Source: Candidatus Latescibacterota bacterium (lineage in GTDB: Bacteria; Latescibacterota; UBA2968). From it: 64,000 bases of DNA. Where the stretch lies: the NCBI GenBank assembly GCA_965198115.1, contig OZ240241.1:2784001-2848000 (forward strand), written 5' to 3'. Below are positions 54,380 through 63,462 of this stretch, piece after piece; within the stretch, counting starts at the first letter, position 1, and each line of letters opens with the position of its first letter. Position numbers and translations under genes: made by a program. Under the pieces are notes generated by a model, which made no database searches, was not told where the DNA came from, and saw nothing but the letters and a program-made list of their open reading frames with translations.

Positions 54380-55707
54380 TCCTCACCTCCGACTTCCTCG
54401 TCCACAAACGGCGACACACCTACCGCCTGCTCCAGATTCAGGATCGCTCTTGCCAGATCGAAATGCGCCAGAGCCAGTTCGCTCCGACTGCTCGTCAACA
54501 CCACCTGCGCGTCCAGAACTTCGAGTTGCGTCCCGAATCCGATACCATAGCGGGATGCGGCGAGCTGGGCATTCTCCTCCGCCTCACGACGGATGCCGGC
54601 CTGGGCCTCCACCCGCCCACGCGCTTCCTGCACATCGTACCACGCCTGGCGCACTTCCCTCCGCACGCGCTTTGCCAGTCTGTCGACGGTCACCTCCGCC
54701 CGTCGCCGTTCGACCTTGGCCTTGTTGACGAGCGCCCGGTTGCGCAAGCCGTCGAACAGGGGCAGACTCAGCGCGACACCCGTCACCCAGCTCTGCGCCA
54801 CATCGTCCCCCTCGAATTTGAACGTGTTGCTCTGTGCCTGCAGCTGTCCAGTCGTCACCAGATCCAGAGAGGGACGCATCTCCGACCGCTGTCCGCGAAC
54901 GGCGGCATCCCGCATCGTCACCTCGAAACCGGCCTAGCGAAGATCCGGACGTCCACCCAGTGCACGATCGACGAGCGCTGTCTGATCCGTCAAGACGAGC
55001 GGCGACGTGCTCCGAAACGACCCATCCAACGTCACCGACTCCTCGTGGGGCAATCCGATCACATCTTTCAGGTTCAGGTTCGTCACCGCCAGATCCCGCG
55101 CCGCACGAATCGAGTCGGGCCGGAGCGCACTCACACGAACCTGCGCTCGCAGAAGATCGTAATCGGACACCCGGCCGGCTCGACGAAGCGACTCGACCTG
55201 GCTCAGATTGGCGCGAGCCTGGACGAGTGCATCCCGACTGACCGCGACGAGCGATTGCGCGAACAACACGTTCGAGAACGCGAGCTCGGCCTCAGCGGCA
55301 ACGGCCTGCCGCGCGAGCAGATAGCCGGCATCCGTCAGACTTCGAAACGCCCGGGCCGCTTGCAGACCGGCTCCCACCTTGCCGCTCGAGAAGAGGACCT
55401 GACGAACGGTGAGCACGCCCGTGATCGTGTTCGATGTACCGATCGAGAAGGTCTGTTGTCCCTGCGGCGTGTCGAACACGAACGTCGGCAACAACCAGGA
55501 TCGATTGTAGTTCCCGTCGACGCGAATCTCGGGCAAAGCCTCGGCCCATCCTTCACGAATCTCCTCGCGAGCCCGAATGCGATCCAGACGAGCCTCCTCG
55601 ATCGCTTCATTACGCTCGAAAGCCAGATCGATGGCGTCCTGGAGCGTCAGCACACGTGCTTCTAAAGCTCCCGAAACGACCAGGAGCCCGAGGACCAATC
55701 CCAGCAT
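54376..55707 (-). CDS. TolC family outer-membrane efflux protein (in-frame TAG at 54934)
   Basis: LTLQDAIDLA, RPDLR*AGFEV, LSLPLFDG and GTQLEVLDAQ; the two ORFs are in one frame. Confidence 0.85.
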
Positions 55708-55727
55708 CTTACCCCCAAGAAGTCGAT

Positions 55728-55747
55728 TTTATTTACCGGTAAGTAAA
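55728..55747. promoter_or_regulatory. Palindromic operator upstream of the RND operon (TetR-type site by inference)
   Basis: TTTAtTTACCGGTAAgTAAA is a near-perfect 20-bp palindrome 20 bp upstream of the tolC-like ATG. Confidence 0.65.
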
Positions 55748-55844
55748 TTACCCTATCGTGGATTTCCGTGTCGACCGTTCGTTCGATGCTCACGACCCTC
55801 CAGAAGATTCAGCTGAAATGGTCGCGGCGGCGGTATCGGCAAAA

Positions 55845-55939
55845 GCGTCCCTGTGCACAGCAAAGTGACGATCGCACCGCCTTGTTTTTCACAAAGCAAA
55901 AGAGCGCCACTCTCGCCCTCGTGCTGTGCACGAGGGCGC
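55845..55939. repeat. REPIN-like doublet, inverted homologue of 63463-63549
   Basis: cgccctcgtgc-tgt-gcacgagggcg hairpin plus a degenerate partner gcgtccctgtgc... Confidence 0.65.
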
Positions 55940-55947
55940 TGTTCAAC

Positions 55948-57012
55948 CTATTTGGAGACGTTGGAGGTTGTCGGCATTTCGTCGATCCACTGCCGGATGA
56001 GCGCAAGGCCCTCGCGATGAACGTCCCGTCTCCCCAGCTCGGGCATCGCGACATCAGGCTCCGTAGAAGCCAGGCGATAGGTCAGAATGGACCTGCTCGC
56101 ATCGCCCGGCACGATGTCGTAGACGCGATCGCCAGTGCCCCGACCAGCCGCTGCCGCTGTCTTGTAGACTCCGAGCAGACTCGGATCGGTCGTGGAAGCA
56201 CGGAGGTCCAGCCCGGCACTCCACGCCGAGGTCCCAGGGCTGTGGCAGTGCGCGCAATTGGCCTCGAGGTAGGCCCGTGCCCGGCGCTCCACGCTACCCG
56301 TTGACGAATCATCCCACACGGGAAACCGTGGGGCGTCCTCCACATCTGACGGCACGCCACTCAACAGGCCGTGCTCACCCCAGTAGATCAGCTGATTGCG
56401 ACGCTCCTGGTCATAGGCATAGTCCTTGTTCAGGAAACGTGTCTTCACCGCGATCGGCATCATTTCGCCGTTAACTTTGTGGCATTGTCCGCACTGGTTC
56501 GTGTTTGGAATCATATAGTCGTTCACGCGAATGTCGCCTCGCCTGTCGATCCAGGAGACCACCTGATCGTCGCCGGCCAGCTCCAGGTTGCCGTCCTTTT
56601 GACCTCGGTTCCACACATACGTGAGTGCGCCCCATCCGCCCTCTCCCCGTATCAACAAACGCGTCTCGAGATGACGCCAGCCCTTGGCCGGATCGCGTTC
56701 GTCCACCGGATACGAAAAGGTCTTGGACAGAATCGTCCCGACAGGCAGCTCGAACGCCCGATCCGGATCGTAGAGACCGGACCGACCCTCGGGCACGCGG
56801 ATAAACCGAAACTTCGAAGCGTAATCGGAGAAAAGAGGAGTCGTCACGTCATAAGGGACGACGCCCTCGGCAGGCTGATGCGCGTGGACCTCTCCGACGA
56901 ACAGACCGATTTCGGACAACCGTTCCGGCGGATCGGCGAGGTAATCCTGGCCGCCGCACGCCCCGCAAACCAACCCGACAAGGATCCAGGCCGCTGTGGC
57001 AAGTCGTTTCAC
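55948..57012 (-). CDS. SO2930/HNE_0200-type diheme c-type cytochrome lipoprotein
   Basis: PLFSDYASKFR, KTFSY, LETRLL, two CxxCH motifs (CGQCH, CAHCH), RARAYLEAN and MPELGR. Confidence 0.88.
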   Translation of the reverse strand: MKRLATAAWILVGLVCGACGGQDYLADPPERLSEIGLFVGEVHAHQPAEGVVPYDVTTPLFSDYASKFRFIRVPEGRSGLYDPDRAFELPVGTILSKTFSYPVDERDPAKGWRHLETRLLIRGEGGWGALTYVWNRGQKDGNLELAGDDQVVSWIDRRGDIRVNDYMIPNTNQCGQCHKVNGEMMPIAVKTRFLNKDYAYDQERRNQLIYWGEHGLLSGVPSDVEDAPRFPVWDDSSTGSVERRARAYLEANCAHCHSPGTSAWSAGLDLRASTTDPSLLGVYKTAAAAGRGTGDRVYDIVPGDASRSILTYRLASTEPDVAMPELGRRDVHREGLALIRQWIDEMPTTSNVSK

Positions 57013-58229
57013 AACCCCCCTCCGATGACGATCGTAGGAAGGGGTGGATGCGAGCCAGCGTGATTCGACAGATCGGTTTTGACGTGGCGTGCCCGTCCAG
57101 CCGACAGGGCGGCCAGGTCCAGGTTCGCGAACGTCGCGTCTCCGTTGTCGTGAATGCGGAGCGTCATTTCTTTCGGCAGTTGTCCGTCCACCAGCTTGTC
57201 CGGATCCTGAATCCCGTCATACAAGATGTCGGGACCCTCTGACCCGATCGCCCGGATCATCTCACTGAACTTTCCGCTCGGGTTGGTGCCGCCTCCATCG
57301 AACGCGTTGTGATGAATGTGAATCCCCTCGCAGTAGGGATCGAAATCGGGATCCCTCAGCTTCCGGCCGGTGGTCAGAAAACTCAGCACGGAAACGTTCG
57401 CCGTCTGGTTGGCGACGAAAATGTTATCGAAGACTTCCACGTCGTCGTGCGCTATGATGAGCAGACCCACACCCGGCGGAATCTCGCCAACCATTTGGCC
57501 GGGCCTCGCAAAGTTATCCCGGTTGTTGGACACGATCCGGTTTCGAAACACGCGGCACTGCCGTCCGACCTTCTTCGGGAGATTCGGGAGCGTGAACACC
57601 AGCATCCCTCCCGTGTTGTCAATCGTGAGGTTGTCGTGCACGTCCGCACCGATCGTGTTCTCGATCTCGATCCCGGCGACGTTCTGTCGCGCTTGGTTGT
57701 GACGGACGATCGCGTTTTCGCACTGTCCGACGTAAATGCCCGCGTCGGAGGCGCCAACGGCGAGACAATGTTCGATCAGCACGTCGCGACTATCCACCGA
57801 AAACAGCCCATAGGCCCCGTTCTCCGGACCCGGACCGCCCGTCCATTCCACGCGCACCCGTCGGATCGTCGCCCCCTCGGCGCCGCTCACCTTTAGCGCG
57901 TCTCCACGCGGATCCTCGATGGCGAGATCTTCGACCGTGACACCGCCTTGGGTGATCAGCAGGCCTTCACCCCCCGACCCGGTCGTCTGCTTGTCAAAAC
58001 GGAGGACCGTCCGCCGCGGACCCGCTCCCCGAATCGTCACGTCTTCCACGTCGAGGGAAAGGGTTCGGGTGAAATCGAACGTGCCTGGCGCGAACGTGAC
58101 GACATCGCCCGGCTGTGACCGAATCAGCGCCCGCTGGGCGATCTTCTGCGCGTCGGGACCGGGTGTGATATACACTCCGCTTCCACAGTTCAGCACACAC
58201 ACAAAGATGACGGGCCGCCAGACGCTCAC
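57009..58229 (-). CDS. Parallel beta-helix repeat lipoprotein
   Basis: GTG at 58229 after an AAGGAG RBS; lipobox-like VLNC; NGAYG, GASDAGIYVGQ, NVAGIEIEN and NTGG.LVF.LP motifs. Confidence 0.88.
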   Translation of the reverse strand: MSVWRPVIFVCVLNCGSGVYITPGPDAQKIAQRALIRSQPGDVVTFAPGTFDFTRTLSLDVEDVTIRGAGPRRTVLRFDKQTTGSGGEGLLITQGGVTVEDLAIEDPRGDALKVSGAEGATIRRVRVEWTGGPGPENGAYGLFSVDSRDVLIEHCLAVGASDAGIYVGQCENAIVRHNQARQNVAGIEIENTIGADVHDNLTIDNTGGMLVFTLPNLPKKVGRQCRVFRNRIVSNNRDNFARPGQMVGEIPPGVGLLIIAHDDVEVFDNIFVANQTANVSVLSFLTTGRKLRDPDFDPYCEGIHIHHNAFDGGGTNPSGKFSEMIRAIGSEGPDILYDGIQDPDKLVDGQLPKEMTLRIHDNGDATFANLDLAALSAGRARHVKTDLSNHAGSHPPLPTIVIGGGL

Positions 58230-58310
58230 GCACGCTCCTTGAACCAACCACTCACATTTCCTCGGACGTTGGGAATATAGGGCAAAATAATCGACATCCG
58301 ATAGAGGTGG

Positions 58311-58347
58311 ACAGAAAGAGGCCCCGGGCCGAACTCGACCCGGGGCC
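58311..58347 (-). terminator. Intrinsic terminator
   Basis: 9-bp GC stem ggccccggg/cccggggcc followed on the minus strand by TCTTTCTGT. Confidence 0.6.
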
Positions 58348-58391
58348 GTGCCCCCTCTGCAAACGCGCACACAAGATGCACACGCAAAGGG

Positions 58392-58580
58392 TTATTCGTT
58401 GATTTGAACAATCTTTATGGGGCGTCCAAGCTTCGTGAGCGGCTCCTTCGGCTCGTCATCCGAGACTGGAGCCCGTTTTACAACGGCCGGCTTCTTCGCG
58501 TCCATATTCGCCAGACCGCCCAGCGTCGCCACCTGTAAGAGGATGGCGGAAACGAAGAGTGCCGCAATTATAGTCAGCAT
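58392..58580 (-). CDS. Small single-TM or secreted hypothetical protein (62 aa)
   Basis: GGGAGG RBS; hydrophobic N-terminus MLTIIAALFVSAILLQVATLGGL; own promoter and terminator. Confidence 0.65.
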   Translation of the reverse strand: MLTIIAALFVSAILLQVATLGGLANMDAKKPAVVKRAPVSDDEPKEPLTKLGRPIKIVQINE

Positions 58581-58652
58581 TTTGCACCTCCCGGGGAATG
58601 GGAGAATCGTGTGGGGTGTCTGTGTGCACCGTCTGTGCGCACTGAAATAGAA

Positions 58653-58669
58653 TGCACAACTCGTGCCAA
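58653..58669 (-). promoter_or_regulatory. Sigma54 (-24/-12) promoter
   Basis: Minus strand TTGGCACGAGTTGTGCA has the exact GG-N10-GC spacing. Confidence 0.7.
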
Positions 58670-59009
58670 CAAAAAGATTAGCGTGATTAATATCAAAATG
58701 CAATTTATTTGCATCTATTCTAATAAATTTGGCCGTCTTGCGTGACGGAAAACACCCCGGTGACGACGGTCACTGGTGCAGGTCGAACAGGCGTGGTGGG
58801 GGTCCGCCACCGTCGTAAAAACGCCGTTGGAAGCCACCCTACGAATCGTTCGTGACGTCCGTCACCAGGTAGTACGACTCGTTGCATGGGAGGTTGAAAA
58901 CAGTAAACTCTGGTCAACAAAAACAACGAGTTACGACGTGCACCCGTGGCACCGAGGTTGCAATCCTAACCCCTGATCGCAAACCATCTTATTTCGTCGG
59001 GGGTGGAAT

Positions 59010-59498
59010 ATGGTCGTCGTACTGGAAACCGGTGCACAGCCGATGGTCCAGGTGGCGTTCTGTCGGGATGAACACCAGCTTCAGCTCTGGGACAGCCGTC
59101 TGGACTACGACCGCAGTTCGCTCGCCCTGAGACTCCTTGCATTCGGCGTCGTCATCACGTGCGAGGGCCTCTACGTTTGCTCGGAGCTGGCTCCATTCGA
59201 GCGCCATCCTGTCGTCCATCGGATTCTGTCCGAACCCGTGCTGCTCAGACGGCGACGACGCAGAAACAAAACGCTCGAGGTGTGGGGCGAGGAGCCAGAA
59301 GCCGCCACGATCGGTCGCGTAGCAGGCTTGATCGGAAGGGGGTACTGCCCCTCGATTTACCGGGAGAAACTGACAGGCATTCTCGATCAGACCCTGCCAA
59401 CCGTTTCAAAATACTCCCTGGACGGCGGTCGATCCTGGCATTGGCTAGGAATGGAACCGAGTGAGAGGCCGATGCTCGACGACGTGCGCGTCGCCTAG
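59010..59498 (+). CDS. Hypothetical protein
   Basis: 162-aa ORF with a GGGGTGG RBS-like sequence filling the gap; no motif recognised. Confidence 0.5.
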   Translation: MVVVLETGAQPMVQVAFCRDEHQLQLWDSRLDYDRSSLALRLLAFGVVITCEGLYVCSELAPFERHPVVHRILSEPVLLRRRRRRNKTLEVWGEEPEAATIGRVAGLIGRGYCPSIYREKLTGILDQTLPTVSKYSLDGGRSWHWLGMEPSERPMLDDVRVA

Positions 59499-59567
59499 TC
59501 ACTCGGTAACGTGGATGCGAAGAGATCGCTTACATTGGGCCCAACAGTCCAAGGGAGTGATCTCTTC

Positions 59568-59852
59568 GTGTCTTCGTCCGACCAACCGCGTCAACGGCTG
59601 CTCTACATCAACGCGCGATCTCCGAACGTCTTCTCCGAGATCCTAGGCTTAACGCAGATCGAACCTACGAAGGGGTATCGGCCCGAGATCACGGCCGAGG
59701 AACCCAATTAGCCCTATGGCACCGTCCACGAAGCCATCGTCGACGGCTGGAAGGTCATCCAGTTCCCCCACCTCCAGGCCCCGATCGACGACAGGGATCT
59801 GGACGTCATCGGGTATGAGTTTATCCTTCAGAAGATCGAGGTCGTCGAGTAA
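59568..59852 (+). CDS. Small hypothetical protein with an in-frame TAG at 59709
   Basis: AAGGGAG RBS and GTG; the frame continues past the TAG as PYGTVHEAIVDGWKVIQFP...YEFILQKIEVVE*. Confidence 0.6.
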
Positions 59853-60234
59853 CCACCAAGACTCCAAGAAGAGACTCGGACACGTAGGAAAGGAAGTGAT
59901 TTCGTCTTTGCTGCCACGCCAAAACTACGGTGGCCGGGAAGCAACACCGAGCCCACGTGGAACCACAACCCCGAATGTATGGACAAACCGAAGAACTGGA
60001 ATCTTCGCGGCCAGTCCCAAGACCCGGGAGATCGGCTTTCGTTCAGCAATCCGATCGGGGTTTCCCAATCCGATCACTACAAGGAGCGCAGGATCCGCAG
60101 GGAGGCGTACCTCTGCGGCAAGCGGGTCTAGCCCTTCCACGTCGTCTTTCGACGGAAGCCACAGCCCGCCGAAACGCTGAACACAAAACTCCCCGCCTGA
60201 GGCGAGGGCCGTCGTCACGACGAGTAGACTCGAA

Positions 60235-60507
60235 CTACACCGCTTCGGGTGTCATCTCCATGACCTGGCGGATTGCGACATACGGAACCTGGGCACGCTC
60301 GTTCAACTCCTTGACACGATCCTCGTCCGACGCCTCGTAGTAACACCGCGCCTGCTCTGTGTCGGGACTGAAGTAACTACGCACCCACCTGACGTCCTGC
60401 CCTTCACGCGACATCTCCTCAACGCACGACTTGGTGCGAAGACCGGCACCCGTCAATTGATCTTCCGTGATACCCGGAAGATCACGCTCAACAACATACA
60501 TCGGCAT
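60235..60507 (-). CDS. DUF4242 / SCO4226-like small protein
   Basis: MPMYVVERDLPG...VRWVRSY....CYYEA..E..V.E.N.RA..P pattern; strong AGGAGG RBS. Confidence 0.8.
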   Translation of the reverse strand: MPMYVVERDLPGITEDQLTGAGLRTKSCVEEMSREGQDVRWVRSYFSPDTEQARCYYEASDEDRVKELNERAQVPYVAIRQVMEMTPEAV

Positions 60508-60544
60508 AGCGACCTCCTATGATGGGATTCAACCTCGATGGAAC

Positions 60545-61165
60545 TCAGCTCGCTTCCTCTGGATTCAACGGCTCGAGCAGGGACATCAAATCGTCTCTCC
60601 GTATTCGAATCGCCCGTTCGCCGGCCAGACGATAGGCCGGCAGCTTGCCGTTCTTGATGTATCCCCGCAAAGTCTGCGTATGAATGCCCAGCACGGCAGC
60701 GGCGGCGTCGGGGCTAAGGAGCGACTGAAGATCCCGGCTCCCCCGATCGTCTCTGGGGGAATCGCTTGCCCAGCGAGCGAGTGCGGCCCTCCATCCCGCG
60801 CTGTCGAGCTTGTAGACCTCTTTCAGCCGTGCCATCAGCCCAGAATCCACATCGGCATAGGCTGCGAGGAGATGAACACAATCCACGCTCGCAGCGCCCT
60901 CGATTCGTGCGATCTCGGCTGCTTGATCGAAGATCGCCGACGCCTCCTTCGAGTAGGCTACCTTTTCCCGGGACTCCGGCTCCCGCGAATCGATGCCAAG
61001 CTCTGCCAGATCGATCACAACCGGGCCGAAGGCGACGACGCCGAACCGGCCGATCACCTGGAGCGCCCCCGCCAGGAGATCGTCCGGGGTGACCCGATCC
61101 CTCGCTTCGCTTTTTGCCCGGGCAACGGCGAATCTTGTAACCCGAACGACGGCTTCCATCTCCAT
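60545..61165 (-). CDS. Clp N-terminal-like domain fused to an excisionase/BldC-type (HTH_17) DNA-binding domain
   Basis: Two Clp-N-like repeats (AVARAK...VTPDDLLAG; YSKEASAIFDQAAEIAR...VDCVHLLAA) and C-terminal LLSPDAAAAVLGIHTQTLRGYIKNGKLPAYRLAGERAIRIRRDDL. Confidence 0.78.
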   Translation of the reverse strand: MEMEAVVRVTRFAVARAKSEARDRVTPDDLLAGALQVIGRFGVVAFGPVVIDLAELGIDSREPESREKVAYSKEASAIFDQAAEIARIEGAASVDCVHLLAAYADVDSGLMARLKEVYKLDSAGWRAALARWASDSPRDDRGSRDLQSLLSPDAAAAVLGIHTQTLRGYIKNGKLPAYRLAGERAIRIRRDDLMSLLEPLNPEEAS

Positions 61166-61173
61166 TCCACACC

Positions 61174-61232
61174 AATATACTTAAAACTAAGTTAATAGCA
61201 ACTAAATTATCTTAAATTTAGTCAAATCTTAG
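61174..61232 (-). promoter_or_regulatory. AT-rich promoter/operator of the Clp-N/HTH gene
   Basis: Minus strand TTGCTA-N16-TATATT ends 8 nt before the ATG. Direct repeats AACTAAgTT/AACTAAaTT and inverted repeat ACTAAATT-N6-AATTTAGT. Confidence 0.6.
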
Positions 61233-61290
61233 AGGATTGGAGGGTAAATCGTTAAGCGTCGGGGGGTTAGGGGCAAGCCAAGCCTCACCT

Positions 61291-61318
61291 TTGACAGGTT
61301 GCCCGATCTGCGTACGTT
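61291..61318 (+). promoter_or_regulatory. Possible sigma70 promoter of the SDR gene
   Basis: TTGACA-N16-TACGTT about 60 bp upstream of ATG 61378. Confidence 0.4.
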
Positions 61319-61377
61319 ACGGTCTGACGATTCGAATGGCAATGACCTCTGAGTGAAACGGCCTAGGAGACACACCA

Positions 61378-62184
61378 ATGAGCAACGCCAACGGCGAACC
61401 GACTGTTCACGAATTGTTCGACCTCACGGGAAGATCCGCCCTCATCACGGGCGCGACGGGCTGGCTCGGCAGCTCAATGGCACGGGCGCTGGCCGAAACG
61501 GGTGCCAGCGTCGTCATTTCCAGCCGGGACGGCGACCGGGCGAAAGCTGCAGCAGCGGATTTACCCTCTCCCGGTGACGCCAAACACGATGGCGTCGAGC
61601 TGGACCAGACCGATCCCGAATCGATCGAACAGGGATTCGCAGCGGCCGTACGGACGGCAGGCCAAATCGACATCCTTGTCAACAACGGTCTCGATCGGAT
61701 CGAGCACGACCTGACCGACTGCACGTTCGAAGAATTCGTCAACCATCAGCGGAACACCGCCGCCTACTTCGTGCTCGCCCGTCTGATGTGCGACCACGTC
61801 GTCGAGCGGAAGGGAACGGGCAGCATCATCATGCTCGGGTCGATGTACGGCCAGGTCGCGTCTTACCCCGATGCCTACGACGGTGTGGCGATGGCCAGTC
61901 CTGTGGCGTATCACGCGCACAAGGGCGGGACCATTCATATGACCCGACACCTGGCCGCCTACTACGCGGAGCACGGTGTCCGCGTCAATTGCATTAGCCC
62001 CGGTCCTTTCCCCAAGGACGGCACCAATCCTGCGATGGTCGGGCGACTGTGCGAGAAGCTACCGATGAAGCGAATGGGAAGACCGCACGAACTCAAGGGG
62101 ACGCTTTTGTTGCTGGCGAGTGACGCGGGGAGTTACATCACCGGACAGAACATCACGGTCGACGGCGGCTGGATGGCCTGGTGA
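61378..62184 (+). CDS. SDR family oxidoreductase
   Basis: TGATGWLG, DILVNNG, SMYG, YxxxK (YHAHK), RVNCISPG and VDGG motifs. Confidence 0.93.
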   Translation: MSNANGEPTVHELFDLTGRSALITGATGWLGSSMARALAETGASVVISSRDGDRAKAAAADLPSPGDAKHDGVELDQTDPESIEQGFAAAVRTAGQIDILVNNGLDRIEHDLTDCTFEEFVNHQRNTAAYFVLARLMCDHVVERKGTGSIIMLGSMYGQVASYPDAYDGVAMASPVAYHAHKGGTIHMTRHLAAYYAEHGVRVNCISPGPFPKDGTNPAMVGRLCEKLPMKRMGRPHELKGTLLLLASDAGSYITGQNITVDGGWMAW

Positions 62185-62221
62185 GAAACCGTTGTCGGAC
62201 GTCAGGAAAGAAGGGAAGGGT

Positions 62222-63460
62222 ATGAAGAGGCTGTTGATCCTGGTCGTCGCGATGCTTACCGCGACGATGACGGATGCTCGTGCGGACTGGCCACAGTGGG
62301 GAGGGCCGAATCGCAACTTCGTAGTCGAGGCGCGAGATCTCCCGACGGTCTGGCCCAACAGCCGGCCGGCAGAGATATGGCGACGACGTCTTGGGGATGG
62401 CTACTCCGGAATCGCTGCAGTCGACGGTGTACTCTACACAATGTATCGCAGTGGTGACTCGGCCGAGGCCGTCATCGCCATCGAAGCAGAAACCGGTAAG
62501 ACCAGTTGGGAATACACCCAGACGGCGGAAGTTTGGCCGGGGTATCTGTCGGGCTACGGGCTCGGCCCGCACAGCACACCGCTCGTCCACGAGGACCGTG
62601 TGTATGCCACAGGCGTTCGGGGCGTACTGCTATGCCTCGACCGCAGGAAGGGTAAGCTCATCTGGGCTCACGATCTTTGGGAGGAATTCGGCGGAACGAA
62701 GCTGGCAAGAGGCTACGCTTCCAGTCCCATCGCCTACGGGAAGACCATCATCGTTCCCACAGGTGGAAAGGGACGCAGCATCATCGCGTTCGACCAGACA
62801 TCAGGAGCGGTCGTGTGGGAATCCACGAGTTTCAAGAACGCGTTTTCTTCCCCTATCCTGATCGATCTGGACGGCTCGACGCAACTCGTTGTGCTTATGG
62901 CCCGCGAAGTCACTGGACTCGACCCCGACACCGGCCAACTGCTCTGGTCACACCCCCACTACACCAGATACGACATCAACGCGTCGACACCCGTCTGGGG
63001 CGGGGACAACACGCTCTTCATCTCATCCGCCTACGACTCGGGAAGCCGTGGAATTAAACTGAGTCGCGAGGGAGACAAGATCGCGGTGGAAGAACTCTGG
63101 CACCAAAGAAAGATGCAGGTCCAACACGGCAATGCGATTCGTCTGGGTGACACCGTCTACGGGTCCAGCGGTGATTTTGGTCCAGCCTTTCTGGTCTCCG
63201 TCAACATCCATACCGGCGAGCTGCTGTCCCGCCAGCGGGGGTTCGCCAAGGCCACCCTCATCGCAGCCGGCGATCAGGTCATCGTTCTCGACGAAGACGG
63301 TCAACTCGCTATCGCGACCGCACAGGGTGACAGCATCGCCATTCACGACTCGGCCACCATCTTCGACGACCGTTCCTGGACCGTCCCCACCCTGGTCGGG
63401 TCGACCCTCTACGCCCGGAATCAGAAGGAGATCGCGGCTTTCGATCTGGGGAAACGTTAA
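62222..63460 (+). CDS. Secreted PQQ-binding-like beta-propeller protein
   Basis: Signal peptide; DWPQWGGPNRN, GDGYSG, GPHSTP, GYASSP and WTVPTL...LYARN motifs. Confidence 0.88.
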   Translation: MKRLLILVVAMLTATMTDARADWPQWGGPNRNFVVEARDLPTVWPNSRPAEIWRRRLGDGYSGIAAVDGVLYTMYRSGDSAEAVIAIEAETGKTSWEYTQTAEVWPGYLSGYGLGPHSTPLVHEDRVYATGVRGVLLCLDRRKGKLIWAHDLWEEFGGTKLARGYASSPIAYGKTIIVPTGGKGRSIIAFDQTSGAVVWESTSFKNAFSSPILIDLDGSTQLVVLMAREVTGLDPDTGQLLWSHPHYTRYDINASTPVWGGDNTLFISSAYDSGSRGIKLSREGDKIAVEELWHQRKMQVQHGNAIRLGDTVYGSSGDFGPAFLVSVNIHTGELLSRQRGFAKATLIAAGDQVIVLDEDGQLAIATAQGDSIAIHDSATIFDDRSWTVPTLVGSTLYARNQKEIAAFDLGKR

Positions 63461-63462
63461 AA

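Noticed and set aside
51149-59711. TAG stop-codon reassignment or pyrrolysine readthrough
   Set aside because: The in-frame TAGs would need different residues (Trp vs Gln). Many genes end at TAG at their expected C-termini (e.g. 18914, 21723, 28048, 47591). No pyl genes are seen.
59853-60131. Open frame ending ...DHYKERRIRREAYLCGKRV*
   Set aside because: No convincing start or RBS and no recognisable family; may be a gene remnant but cannot be supported.
60545-61165. Prophage or ICE excisionase
   Set aside because: No integrase, att site or phage genes nearby, and the HTH is fused to a large N-terminal domain.
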